A stretch of DNA of 59,065 nt from a bacterium (GTDB taxonomy: Bacteria > JAMOTN01): assembly GCA_027062325.1 (NCBI GenBank), contig JAMOTN010000003.1, positions 1 through 59,065 on the forward strand. Reading direction: 5' to 3'. The notes beneath the pieces were generated by a model that saw nothing but the letters and a program-made list of their open reading frames with translations, was not told the DNA's origin and made no database searches. The position numbers were made by a program, and so were the translations under genes. Positions within the stretch are counted from its first letter, which is position 1. Each line of letters starts with the position of its first letter. Positions 26,687 through 36,000 of the stretch are shown piece after piece.

Positions 26687-27580
26687 TTACCCCTTCAAAC
26701 CGCTCCTTGCAATCCCAGCTATGAACCAGCGCTGTGCCAAGAAGTAACCTATAACAAGCGGCAGGATTGTAAAAGTACTCGCTGCCATCAAAAGTTCCCA
26801 CTCAGTGCATTCACTCGTTGCAAAGTAAGCAAGCCCAACTTGGACAGTGCGCATCTCCGTAGAATTTGTCACAATCAATGGCCATATAAATGCGTTCCAG
26901 TTTGCAACAAATGAAAAAACACCCATAGTTATCATAGGAGGAACACTCAGGGGCAAAAGTATTTGCCAATAAAATCTAAAGTTTGAACATCCATCAATTT
27001 TTGCAGCCTCATATAGGTCTTTTGGAATTGAACGGAAAAACTGTCTGAAGAAAAATATGCTATACACACTTGCAAGCCACGGCACTATCAAAGCCTTATA
27101 TGTATTAATCCAACCAAGTTTGGCAAGCGTTGCATAGTTTGGAATAAGTAAAACCTGAGGTGGAAACATCATAGCAAGCAACAATAACCAAAATAACTTA
27201 TCGCGTCCCGGAAAATTCAAGAACACAAAAGCAAACGCTGCCAACGACGAAAATATCAGCTGTCCTGCTGTAGTCACCACTGCAACAATAGCACTATTTA
27301 AAAAGTAACGTGCAAACGGTTGGGCATTCCAAGCCTGTATGTAGTTGTCAAACAAATACTTTATAGCCGTCAAAATTCCCTTACCACCTTTTATCATAGC
27401 CCATGCAATAGAGAAGCGCTCTGATATCCACTTTGGTGGAAAAACAAAAACCTCACTAGGAAGTTTGAAGGAAGTCGAAATCATCCACAAGAAGGGTAAA
27501 ACCATTGCAATAGCACCAATACTTAGTAGAACATAAGTCGATATTTTCAGTGCTAAGCTTTCCCTTCTCAACACCACCAA
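26687..27580 (-). CDS. carbohydrate-type ABC transporter permease (MalG/BPD_transp_1 family)
   Basis: EAA loop AAKIDGCSNFRFYWQILLPLSVPPM, followed by FVANWNAFIWPLIV. Six TM segments. Confidence 0.85.
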   Translation of the reverse strand: MVVLRRESLALKISTYVLLSIGAIAMVLPFLWMISTSFKLPSEVFVFPPKWISERFSIAWAMIKGGKGILTAIKYLFDNYIQAWNAQPFARYFLNSAIVAVVTTAGQLIFSSLAAFAFVFLNFPGRDKLFWLLLLAMMFPPQVLLIPNYATLAKLGWINTYKALIVPWLASVYSIFFFRQFFRSIPKDLYEAAKIDGCSNFRFYWQILLPLSVPPMITMGVFSFVANWNAFIWPLIVTNSTEMRTVQVGLAYFATSECTEWELLMAASTFTILPLVIGYFLAQRWFIAGIARSGLKG

Positions 27581-27653
27581 CTCCTTACGAATAAGCTTAA
27601 AAAACAGAACACACTTTCTATAATTTTAGACCACAAGCACCGAGGGTGCAAAT

Positions 27654-28958
27654 CTAAAAGACACTCAAAATTTCTTCCGTGAACTCCTCCGCATCTTTGT
27701 AAATCACATTTTTAAGCACTTCGTTATCACTTTTACCCTTAGCATACTCCTCCAACATCTGCACAAACACGTAATCTCCCCAGTTATCCTTTAAATATCT
27801 CCCCAGCAGCAAAGAGGCACTGTAAGCCGCTGCCGCAAGTCGAGCATTTGACGTTTTAAACACACCACTTAAAGCTCCAAATCCTTTCTTCAAATACCCA
27901 TCTTTCAAAAGTTTTTTCAACAACAGCTTTGCCAGTTTAATTCTTGCTGATGTCAACTCCTTTGGTTCTGCAAGTTGAGCCAACGCCTCGTGAATCCAAG
28001 TTGGCGCTCTACCAGAGCTTTTCAAATAAACCAAAACATGCATATACTCGTGTCGCAAAACTCTCCTCAGCTCATTTTTTCCCTGACCACGTGATAAATA
28101 CCAAAGTGGAATTCTAATTCTGCCATCAAAAAATCCACCTGACCAATCAGGAACAATTCCTCTACTTGCTTTTGAAAAATCGCTCCCAGCATAGAGGACG
28201 ACCTCAACCTGTGGAGGATAAACATCCAACCAACCACCAAATTCGTAATAAGCCTCCTGCAAAACCTTCTGAGCCCATCTCTTAGCTTCAGAAGATAGCG
28301 AAAACTTGGGTGGAAACTTAAAACGAAACACTCCGTAATAATCTTCTCCGTAATTCTGTTCTACCTTCTTTGCTCTCTTCCAACGCTCATCTCCATACGT
28401 TGCCGCCGTTGTAACATCTCCTGCTCTACCAGCAGCTTCAGCAAGTAGCATTTTAAAACGTTCATCAGGATACTTACCTATCCAATTAGATAGGTACTCC
28501 TGGCAAGCTGAGTACTCCCCTAATTGAAAATAAGCCATAGCAATATAGTAAACTACCAACTTTTCACTATTCCCAAACTCATTTTCCCTTCCTAAGAAAC
28601 GATTAAGTACCTGCTGCCAATACCCAGCCTTAGCCATGGCAGACAAAAGATTCAACTCTATTACCGGTGAGGGATACTCCTCATAAGCGTCATAAAGATT
28701 GCTAACAGCCTCTTCAACTCGCCCAGAGCGCAAATTCTGAACACCAAGCTGATTCAAACAGTAAGATAACGCCTTCTTTCTAGCCTTCTCATCAATCTCT
28801 CCAGACAAGTTATTCAAAACTTCAACGCAACTTTCCCAATCCTGCCGAGCAATCGCATCCTTGTAATCTTGCCAACTATAAGCACATGCACTAAACGAGT
28901 ATATCAATAATAGAAGAAGAGTTGCCAGCCCATTCAAAATCCTCATTGTCATCTGCAT
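27654..28958 (-). CDS. predicted lipoprotein: TPR-like N-domain + peptidase-MA-type zinc metallopeptidase domain
   Basis: Start set at ATG 28958 (GAGGA SD). Signal plus lipobox is MQMTMRILNGLATLLLLLIYSFSAC. HEYMHVLVY (HExxH) followed by WIHEALAQLAE (third ligand, E-x-x-A type). Confidence 0.65.
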   Translation of the reverse strand: MQMTMRILNGLATLLLLLIYSFSACAYSWQDYKDAIARQDWESCVEVLNNLSGEIDEKARKKALSYCLNQLGVQNLRSGRVEEAVSNLYDAYEEYPSPVIELNLLSAMAKAGYWQQVLNRFLGRENEFGNSEKLVVYYIAMAYFQLGEYSACQEYLSNWIGKYPDERFKMLLAEAAGRAGDVTTAATYGDERWKRAKKVEQNYGEDYYGVFRFKFPPKFSLSSEAKRWAQKVLQEAYYEFGGWLDVYPPQVEVVLYAGSDFSKASRGIVPDWSGGFFDGRIRIPLWYLSRGQGKNELRRVLRHEYMHVLVYLKSSGRAPTWIHEALAQLAEPKELTSARIKLAKLLLKKLLKDGYLKKGFGALSGVFKTSNARLAAAAYSASLLLGRYLKDNWGDYVFVQMLEEYAKGKSDNEVLKNVIYKDAEEFTEEILSVF

Positions 28959-29211
28959 TTTCATCCTCTTCACCCTTAGTAAATACCTCTCCTCCTGAGA
29001 ACCCCTTCTTCTCCTTTTCATCATCCTTAATTTTTCGAGTAGCACTCTCCTTAGTATCTTCTACCTTTAATCTATCCTCCTCTTCTTTCATTTGCTGCCT
29101 TACCAAATCTTCTTTCACTCGCTCTGCCGCTGCTCTTTCTTGAAGCTGTAAATTTTGAGCCTGCTCCGAAACTTTGGCTAAACTTTGAAAATCAACGGGT
29201 CGCAGCTCCAT
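28891..29211 (-). CDS. small acidic hypothetical protein (106 aa)
   Basis: ATG 29211 with AGGGGTGA SD. MELRPVDFQSLAKVSEQAQNLQLQERAAAERVKEDL..., then a strongly E/D/K-rich region. The 3' end overlaps the next gene by about 68 nt in another frame. Confidence 0.4.
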   Translation of the reverse strand: MELRPVDFQSLAKVSEQAQNLQLQERAAAERVKEDLVRQQMKEEEDRLKVEDTKESATRKIKDDEKEKKGFSGGEVFTKGEEDENADDNEDFEWAGNSSSIIDILV

Positions 29212-29329
29212 AAAAATCACCCCTTTACAGGGACACTCCCCCTTACTTAATAGTTTAGACGCATAAATCAAACGTGCAATAAACAAAGTCAAAGTTACTC
29301 GACAACTCAACAATAAATTTCTTTAAAAC

Positions 29330-30259
29330 CTACCTTCCAACTAATTCATACATTCTATCTATGCTTCTTTTAGCAAGTTCTGAAAACTCACCTGGCGGTA
29401 AAACTCTATTCTCCTCAGGTAAATTTTTTACAACCTCATACAACTTCTTCAAACTGCTCATTTTCATCTGATAACATATTGCATCTTCCCGCGCCGGAAC
29501 AAAATTTAACTCTGGAAAAAGCATCTTCAAACTTGTTGCCATATCAATCTCTGTTCCAACTATGAATGTGTCGACATAAGCTCTATTCTTCTCCACATAC
29601 TTTATCATTCCACCAGTGCCTCCAACAAAATCTGCAACCTCCCAACATGCAGGATCCGCTTCTGGATGCACCATAACTTTAGCCTCCGGATACACTTCCT
29701 TTTTTTCTAGTATGTGCTCCGGTTTTATCTGACGATGCACATAACAACTACCATTCCATTTAACGTACTCCTTACCAAGCCTTTCCTCAACAAAACGCGC
29801 CAAATTATAATCAGGAACAAATATCATCTCGTCAAAGTTTTTCAAAACTTCAACTGCAGCAGCACTGGTTACAACAACATCAGCTTCTGCTTTGACATCA
29901 GCATAGGTGTTGACGTAAACTGCAACTTCCTTTTCTGGATTCTCCCCCTTCAAGTTTCTCAGCTGATGGGCAGTTATACTCTCTGCCAAGCCACATCCTG
30001 CCTTAGGATTCACTATGTAAACTTCTTTCCCCAAATCCGAAGCATATATCGAAGCAGTCTCTGCCATGAAGTAAACAGTTGCAAATACTCCTATTTTCCT
30101 CTTATCATCTTTAAAGTATTTGACAAGTTGGAGCGAGTCTCCCACGTAATGAGCTACCTCTTTTATCTCCCGCCTTTGATAGTGATGTGCAAGTATAACT
30201 ATTCCTTTTTTTTCCGCCTCTTCCTTCACCTTTTCCTGTAGGAGCTTTATATCCTCCAT
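29330..30259 (-). CDS. nadA: quinolinate synthase
   Basis: ILAHHYQRREIKEVAHYVGDSLQL, FMAETA, VVTSAA, HPEADP. 309 aa. Confidence 0.9.
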   Translation of the reverse strand: MEDIKLLQEKVKEEAEKKGIVILAHHYQRREIKEVAHYVGDSLQLVKYFKDDKRKIGVFATVYFMAETASIYASDLGKEVYIVNPKAGCGLAESITAHQLRNLKGENPEKEVAVYVNTYADVKAEADVVVTSAAAVEVLKNFDEMIFVPDYNLARFVEERLGKEYVKWNGSCYVHRQIKPEHILEKKEVYPEAKVMVHPEADPACWEVADFVGGTGGMIKYVEKNRAYVDTFIVGTEIDMATSLKMLFPELNFVPAREDAICYQMKMSSLKKLYEVVKNLPEENRVLPPGEFSELAKRSIDRMYELVGR

Positions 30260-30329
30260 TGCTGCACCTCCTACTACAAATTTAAGCTAAAATTATAATA
30301 ACACAACTGAGAAAAAAGGGGGCAAAAAT

Positions 30330-31256
30330 ATGCCTAAGTGCAAACTCTGTTCCGCTCAAAGTGTAATCTGGCTAAGAGATCAAAACAGAGGCCTCTGTCA
30401 AAAACACTTTGAAGAGTACTTTCTAAGCCGTGTAAAAAGAGCAATTTCAAAGTATAAAATGCTAAAAAAAAGCGAAAAGGTTGTAGTAGGTTTATCAGGT
30501 GGAAAAGATTCCTTAGTAACCGCATGGAGTTTAAAAAAACTTGGTTATAATGTTGAAGGAGTTTTTATAGATCTAGGCTTCAAGCACTATTCAGAAGCTT
30601 CATTCAAAGCAGTAGAAAACTTTTGTAAAAGATTCAACATACCCTTCGAAAGAGTGGATATGAAAAACAAATTTGGAGTCACAGTTCCTGAACTACTTTC
30701 TGCCAACCGTAGGAAGAGTTGCAGCCTGTGCGGCAGCGTAAAAAGGTATGTTTTAAACAAAATAGCGCTAGAGAAAAACGCAATTCTTGCAACAGGTCAT
30801 CACCTCAGCGATGAGATAAGTCAACTTATTGGAAATTTTCTAAACCTCCAGCACGAATACTTATGGCGTCAATCCCCAATTCTACCAGAAGAGGAGGGAA
30901 TGGCAAGAAAAATAAAACCTCTTTGCCTTCTCAGAGAAGAGGAGATAGAGAAAATAGCAGAGATTCTGCAAATCCAACCAGTGAGAGAAAAATGTCCATT
31001 TTCTAAGGGAGCTACAACATTCAAAAACAGAAAACTTGCAAAAGAAATTGAAAACATATTTCCCGGAGCATCTTATAGGTTATATACACAATTTCTAGAA
31101 AAAAAAGAGGAAATTTTCAAGCCGCATGAAGTAGAACTAAAGCGTTGTAAAATTTGTGGTTATAAGACCATTTTGGATATCTGCAACTTTTGCCGTTGGA
31201 AGATGAAGTGGGAGGAAAAATCTGGAAAATTAAAAGTTAAGAGCCACAACATTTGA
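30330..31256 (+). CDS. ttuA: TtuA/Ncs6-type tRNA 2-thiolation PP-loop ATPase
   Basis: N-terminal zinc finger CKLC-x17-CQKH. PP-loop GLSGGKDS. Fe-S cysteines CSLCG and CPF. GHHLSDE. C-terminal zinc finger CKICG...CNFC. Confidence 0.75.
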   Translation: MPKCKLCSAQSVIWLRDQNRGLCQKHFEEYFLSRVKRAISKYKMLKKSEKVVVGLSGGKDSLVTAWSLKKLGYNVEGVFIDLGFKHYSEASFKAVENFCKRFNIPFERVDMKNKFGVTVPELLSANRRKSCSLCGSVKRYVLNKIALEKNAILATGHHLSDEISQLIGNFLNLQHEYLWRQSPILPEEEGMARKIKPLCLLREEEIEKIAEILQIQPVREKCPFSKGATTFKNRKLAKEIENIFPGASYRLYTQFLEKKEEIFKPHEVELKRCKICGYKTILDICNFCRWKMKWEEKSGKLKVKSHNI

Positions 31257-32195
31257 AGAGTTCAAGCCATATATTCCTATGAATTTACAAACTCCTGCAG
31301 CAGCCTTTAGAACCAGCTGGAGCGTTGCATTATCTTTCACTGCAGAACCATCAACCAACAACATCAATTTTTCAACAGGCACAGTTTGCGCCACTGTTGT
31401 CACATCATCCACACTATCAACAATAACCGCTACAAAATCAAATACATCGTACAACCAACTATACTTTGCCACATCATCTGCCTTTACTACAAATACAACA
31501 GGCACCTCCTGCAAGCTATTTGCAACCTCTATAACAAACTGCTTAACACTGTTTTTTATCCACTCATCTACTTCAGCTGCAGAAGCCGCTTTTATGTCTT
31601 TTGCATATTCCTTGTAAAATGCTGCCATAGAATACTCTGAAAATGCCGTTTCAATCGGAGGCACTATTTCATCTGTGAAAGCAACTGCAGACACTGAAAG
31701 CTTTTTCAAATCTGCAAGATACCCCTTTACAATTTCAAGAAAGTCAGGATTCCACATGTCAAACACGTGCAAGTCATTTCCATCCGCGTCCTTGGCCATA
31801 AGTTGCTCATACCCTTCAACTTTTGGATTCAAACTGACAGTCTTTACAACGGGAATAACCCCCATTCCATTCTGCAAAGCTCCAGTTACAACAGCAGAAA
31901 GTGTGGTAACCCCTGCAACCTTTAAAACTTGAGTTGGGAATAGAGCATAATCTCCCGAAAACGCCTCAGCAAACACAAACTTACTTGCAGTGAAAATTTC
32001 AGGCTGGGCGGTAAATTCTCCCACACTTGAGGACGGTAGATATCCTATCTTAGTAATAGTCGCCTCAAGAGACTGTAAGGGTTCGACTAACTGATTACAT
32101 CCCGCAAAAAATACTGCTGCAAACAGCGTAACAAATAACTTAGCCAGCATCCTTTTTGATGGACTTTGAATGTATATAAACCCCCTTCTTCTCAT
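31230..32195 (-). CDS. predicted lipoprotein, function unknown
   Basis: Start set at ATG 32195 (GGGGTGG SD). MRRRGFIYIQSPSKRMLAKLFVTLFAAVFFAGC carries a lipobox. The 3' end overlaps the convergent ttuA by 27 nt. Confidence 0.55.
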   Translation of the reverse strand: MRRRGFIYIQSPSKRMLAKLFVTLFAAVFFAGCNQLVEPLQSLEATITKIGYLPSSSVGEFTAQPEIFTASKFVFAEAFSGDYALFPTQVLKVAGVTTLSAVVTGALQNGMGVIPVVKTVSLNPKVEGYEQLMAKDADGNDLHVFDMWNPDFLEIVKGYLADLKKLSVSAVAFTDEIVPPIETAFSEYSMAAFYKEYAKDIKAASAAEVDEWIKNSVKQFVIEVANSLQEVPVVFVVKADDVAKYSWLYDVFDFVAVIVDSVDDVTTVAQTVPVEKLMLLVDGSAVKDNATLQLVLKAAAGVCKFIGIYGLNSSNVVALNF

Positions 32196-32307
32196 ATACA
32201 CCACCCCTTTTCATACATTGCATCGACAAAAAAAAAGGAGATTTTAGTAAGAAAAGGTAGTAGTGGATGAAGACACTAAAATCAGTACTAGAATCCAAAA
32301 CTCAATA

Positions 32308-33030
32308 CTAATCAGCTTTTACAAAGAGGAAAACTTTAGAATCAAACTTTAAATTTTCAAATAAATCGTAATCAATCCTCACCCAAAAATCAGTACATTC
32401 AACCTTAACTCCATCTTTTAAAACCACATTTATTAAAAGGCTCTTTCTATAACCGGAATACTCAATCACCTTTTTATCTTTAACTTTAGCAACAAACACA
32501 TTCCAACCAGGCTCTTTGTAGTCAGTTTGCGAAACAAAAATCTCACTCATAGCCACAGCTTTACCATCAAGCCATCCACTAATAGCAGTTTCCAAGCGCA
32601 CGCTCAAAGGTGTAAAGTCAAGAAGCTTTACCAACTGTTTCAAATCCTTTGAATCCAGCTTCAAATCTAAACTCTCTAACCAAGTTTTAGCACTTTCAAG
32701 ATCTACCCTCTGGGGAAAACTTCTAAAATCGCATTTTCCAAAAAAGGCCAACTTTAACTTTTTAGAATCAAATACTCGAGCTATAAAATCCTTTACAATA
32801 ATGTGTAAATTCCCATAAAATTTAGCAGTTCTCAACCAATCCAACAAGTAACTTTCAAACTCCACACTCCACTCAAATAACCTCAGATCAACTACAGGAA
32901 AAGCTAATCTACTAAAAAAAATGGGGGCTGCCCGATCAGGAACAACCTCAAGCACTTCCAACCCGGACAGCCCTCCCAACTTACCTAAATCTAATCTAAC
33001 AACCTTTGGCAAATACCAAAACTCCACCAT
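32308..33030 (-). CDS. hypothetical protein (240 aa)
   Basis: ORF begins 16 nt downstream of the HEAT-repeat gene with an AAGGCGG SD. No recognisable motif. Confidence 0.5.
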   Translation of the reverse strand: MVEFWYLPKVVRLDLGKLGGLSGLEVLEVVPDRAAPIFFSRLAFPVVDLRLFEWSVEFESYLLDWLRTAKFYGNLHIIVKDFIARVFDSKKLKLAFFGKCDFRSFPQRVDLESAKTWLESLDLKLDSKDLKQLVKLLDFTPLSVRLETAISGWLDGKAVAMSEIFVSQTDYKEPGWNVFVAKVKDKKVIEYSGYRKSLLINVVLKDGVKVECTDFWVRIDYDLFENLKFDSKVFLFVKAD

Positions 33031-33046
33031 ATCGCCGCCTTACACA

Positions 33047-36000
33047 TCACAACTTATTTTTCTGATAAATCTTTTTCAAAGCCTCCGAAGCCTTCTGTCG
33101 TACAAGCCTACTCTTATCCTTTAAAGCCGCTCTAAGCGGCACAATGGCAGCCACATCTCCAATTTCACCCAAACTCCAAGCCGCAGTAGCCCTCACCTGT
33201 TTACTCCTGTCGTTGAGCAACATTGCCAATCCATCAACAGCCTCTCTGGCCCTCATGAGTCCAAGTGCTTTTGATGCAGCTTCTCTAGCATATCGCGACG
33301 GTTCACTTAACATATCTATGAGAAGCGGTACAGCTTCAGGATACTTAAACTTTGCAAGAACCTCTACTGCCTTTTGTCTTATAACCTCCCTCTCATCACG
33401 CAGAGCCGCAACTAAAGGCTTCACTATACTCTTACCCATACGACGCAACACTTCAACGACCTTTCCCTTAAGCTTAGGATCTGGATCATCTAGCATAACC
33501 GTAAGTGGAACAACTGCTCTTATATCTCCTATCTTACCCAGAGCCTCAACAGCAGCAACGCGCACCTCCACATCCTCATCCTTTAGCATTCCTATCAACT
33601 TATCTACCACCTCTTCACTGTTGAGTTCCCCGAGCTTTTCACAAGCAAGCGCTCTTACTTTTGCTGAAGTATCTTCAAGAGCCGACAATAAAATCACAAC
33701 TGCCCTTGAATCTTCTATTTGAGCTATAGCCCTCACAGCTTCCATTCTAACTTCTTCATTCTCATCCTTGAGCATTAAAGCAAGCTGCTCTACATGAGAA
33801 ACTTCTCCAACTTTTCCCAGCACTTTAATTGCCTCTCTTCTAACCGAAGCATCGCTATCCTTCAAAGCAAGCAACAATCTCTTTGCCACATCAGAAGCAG
33901 CCTCTCCTGTTGCCATCTCACCAAGTGCCTTCACAACCTCAAATCTAACAGCATCATCTGGATCCCCCAACAAATTTGCAAGTGCACCAATTGCTTCAGG
34001 ATTTTTCATCTTCCCAAGCAGTCTTATTATAGAAATTCTATTTTCAGCAGCTCCCAAAGCCACAACAAGTTTTCCAACTAACTCTGGATTTTTGCGAGCC
34101 AACAAAGCTTTTTCAACCCATTCTTCACTAACTTTTTCACGTCCCTCTATTAAGTAAGAGAGCAACTTATCCTCCGCATCTTTTAAACGGCTTTTTCCAA
34201 GAGTGTATATGAACCACTTTATTGTTCCCTCATCAGAGTAATCTATCTCCTCATCAATTCTTTTAACCAATTCAGAAAGATTAAAACCTCCAGCTACATT
34301 GGCTACCTGCCTTCTCATTGCCTCAAGAGACTCTCTCAACACCTTCTGAAGGGTGTAATCATATTCTTGAGCTGCTTCCTCAACATTTACCGTATCCCTT
34401 ATCAAACTAAGGAATATCTCAACAGATCTAATATCTCCATTATCCCCCATCAACTCCATCACATCTTTTCTTACCCAGGCCCAATCAAGTGAGTACGACG
34501 GCTTCAAGCTCTCTGTTCTCAAAAAGTGTTCATCTATATCCCACAGAGCATCCAAAAGCTCTTGAGTAACACCTCTTCTCTCTGCCAGCTCCATCAAAGC
34601 CTCTGCAGCCCTTACATCCCTTATCCTGCCAAGAGTTTTTATCAATTCAGTTCTAACCTCATCGTCCACTACATCTAACCTCGAAATTATAGGAATAACA
34701 GCCGGTTCTCCTATCTCAACCAAAGACCAAAGGATTTTCTCGACTAATACTCCTTTTTTTTCACGTTCAATCAAAGCAAGAAGTGGCTCTATTGCTTCTG
34801 CAACCTTTATCTTTCCTAGAGCATTCACAGCTGCAATTCTGACGTCAACCGAAGGATCCTCCAAAAGCTCAATGAGTATTTCAGAAGCTTTCTTAAGCCC
34901 AAGCTCTCCTAAACTCCAACTTGCTGCCTCTCTTACTTCTGGATCAGGATCAAAAGCAGTCTTTGCCAGTGCATCAAACGCCTCCTCATCCTTTATCATT
35001 CCAAGTGCCCTTACTAAACGTATCTTTATCTCTCCCTCAACCTCTTCAAGCTTTCTTACAAGAAACTCCACTGCTTTAGGATCAGCAATTCTTCCAAGTG
35101 CATCAATTGCTCTTAAAACAACCTCTTCATCCTCATCATCTAAAAGTGAAATCAATCCCTCAGTAGCAAGGGGAGACGCAATCTTTCCAAGCGCCTCTGC
35201 AATTGTTCTTCTAAGGTAAAGTCCAGCAGTTGGTAAAACTCTCAAAAGTGGTGTAACTGCCTCTTCCAAACCAAGCTCCCCCAAAGCAGCTGCAGCTGCT
35301 TCTACAACTTCCTGATCCTCATCTTCCAAAAGCTCAATCAACGTTTGTAACGCTTCAGTATCCTTGATCAAGCCAAGACTCTCTGCTACAGCTGCCCTCA
35401 CCATTGGCGACATATCAGAAGCAAGACGGCAAAGATGCGGCACAGCCTCAGTCGCACGTAATAATCCCAAACTCTTAGCAGCAATATATCGTAGATCTTC
35501 ACTCGCCTCTTCCAACATAAGGACAAGCTTTTCTACTGCTTTAGTCTCACCAATCTTTCCTAGTGCTTCTGCAGCTACATAAACTAGATCATCATTTTCA
35601 TTATCCAAGAATTTCATCAACAACTCAGAACTCGCAGGAGAACCTATTTCTCCCAAAGCCTGTATTATTAAGTAACAGGTGTCTTCATCAGTCTCACGCT
35701 TTAATAACTCCATCAAAGGCTGTACAGCCCTGTCATCTTTGATCTTTCCCAGAGCTTCAACAACTGCATCTTTTATATCCTTTTGCGGAACTGAAAGTTT
35801 CTCAATCAAAGCCTCTACAGCCTCTGTTAGGCGCAACTCGCCCGCTTTTAAAATAGCCTCATAAGCTTCATCTTCGTTTTCAGAATTTATAGCTTCAATT
35901 ATACGAGCAGCAATATTTTCTTCTTTTTCTTGAGGTACATATACAACAACATTGTCAAGCACATCTTCCGAGGCTGCTTCTCCAGACTCTTCAACTTCCT

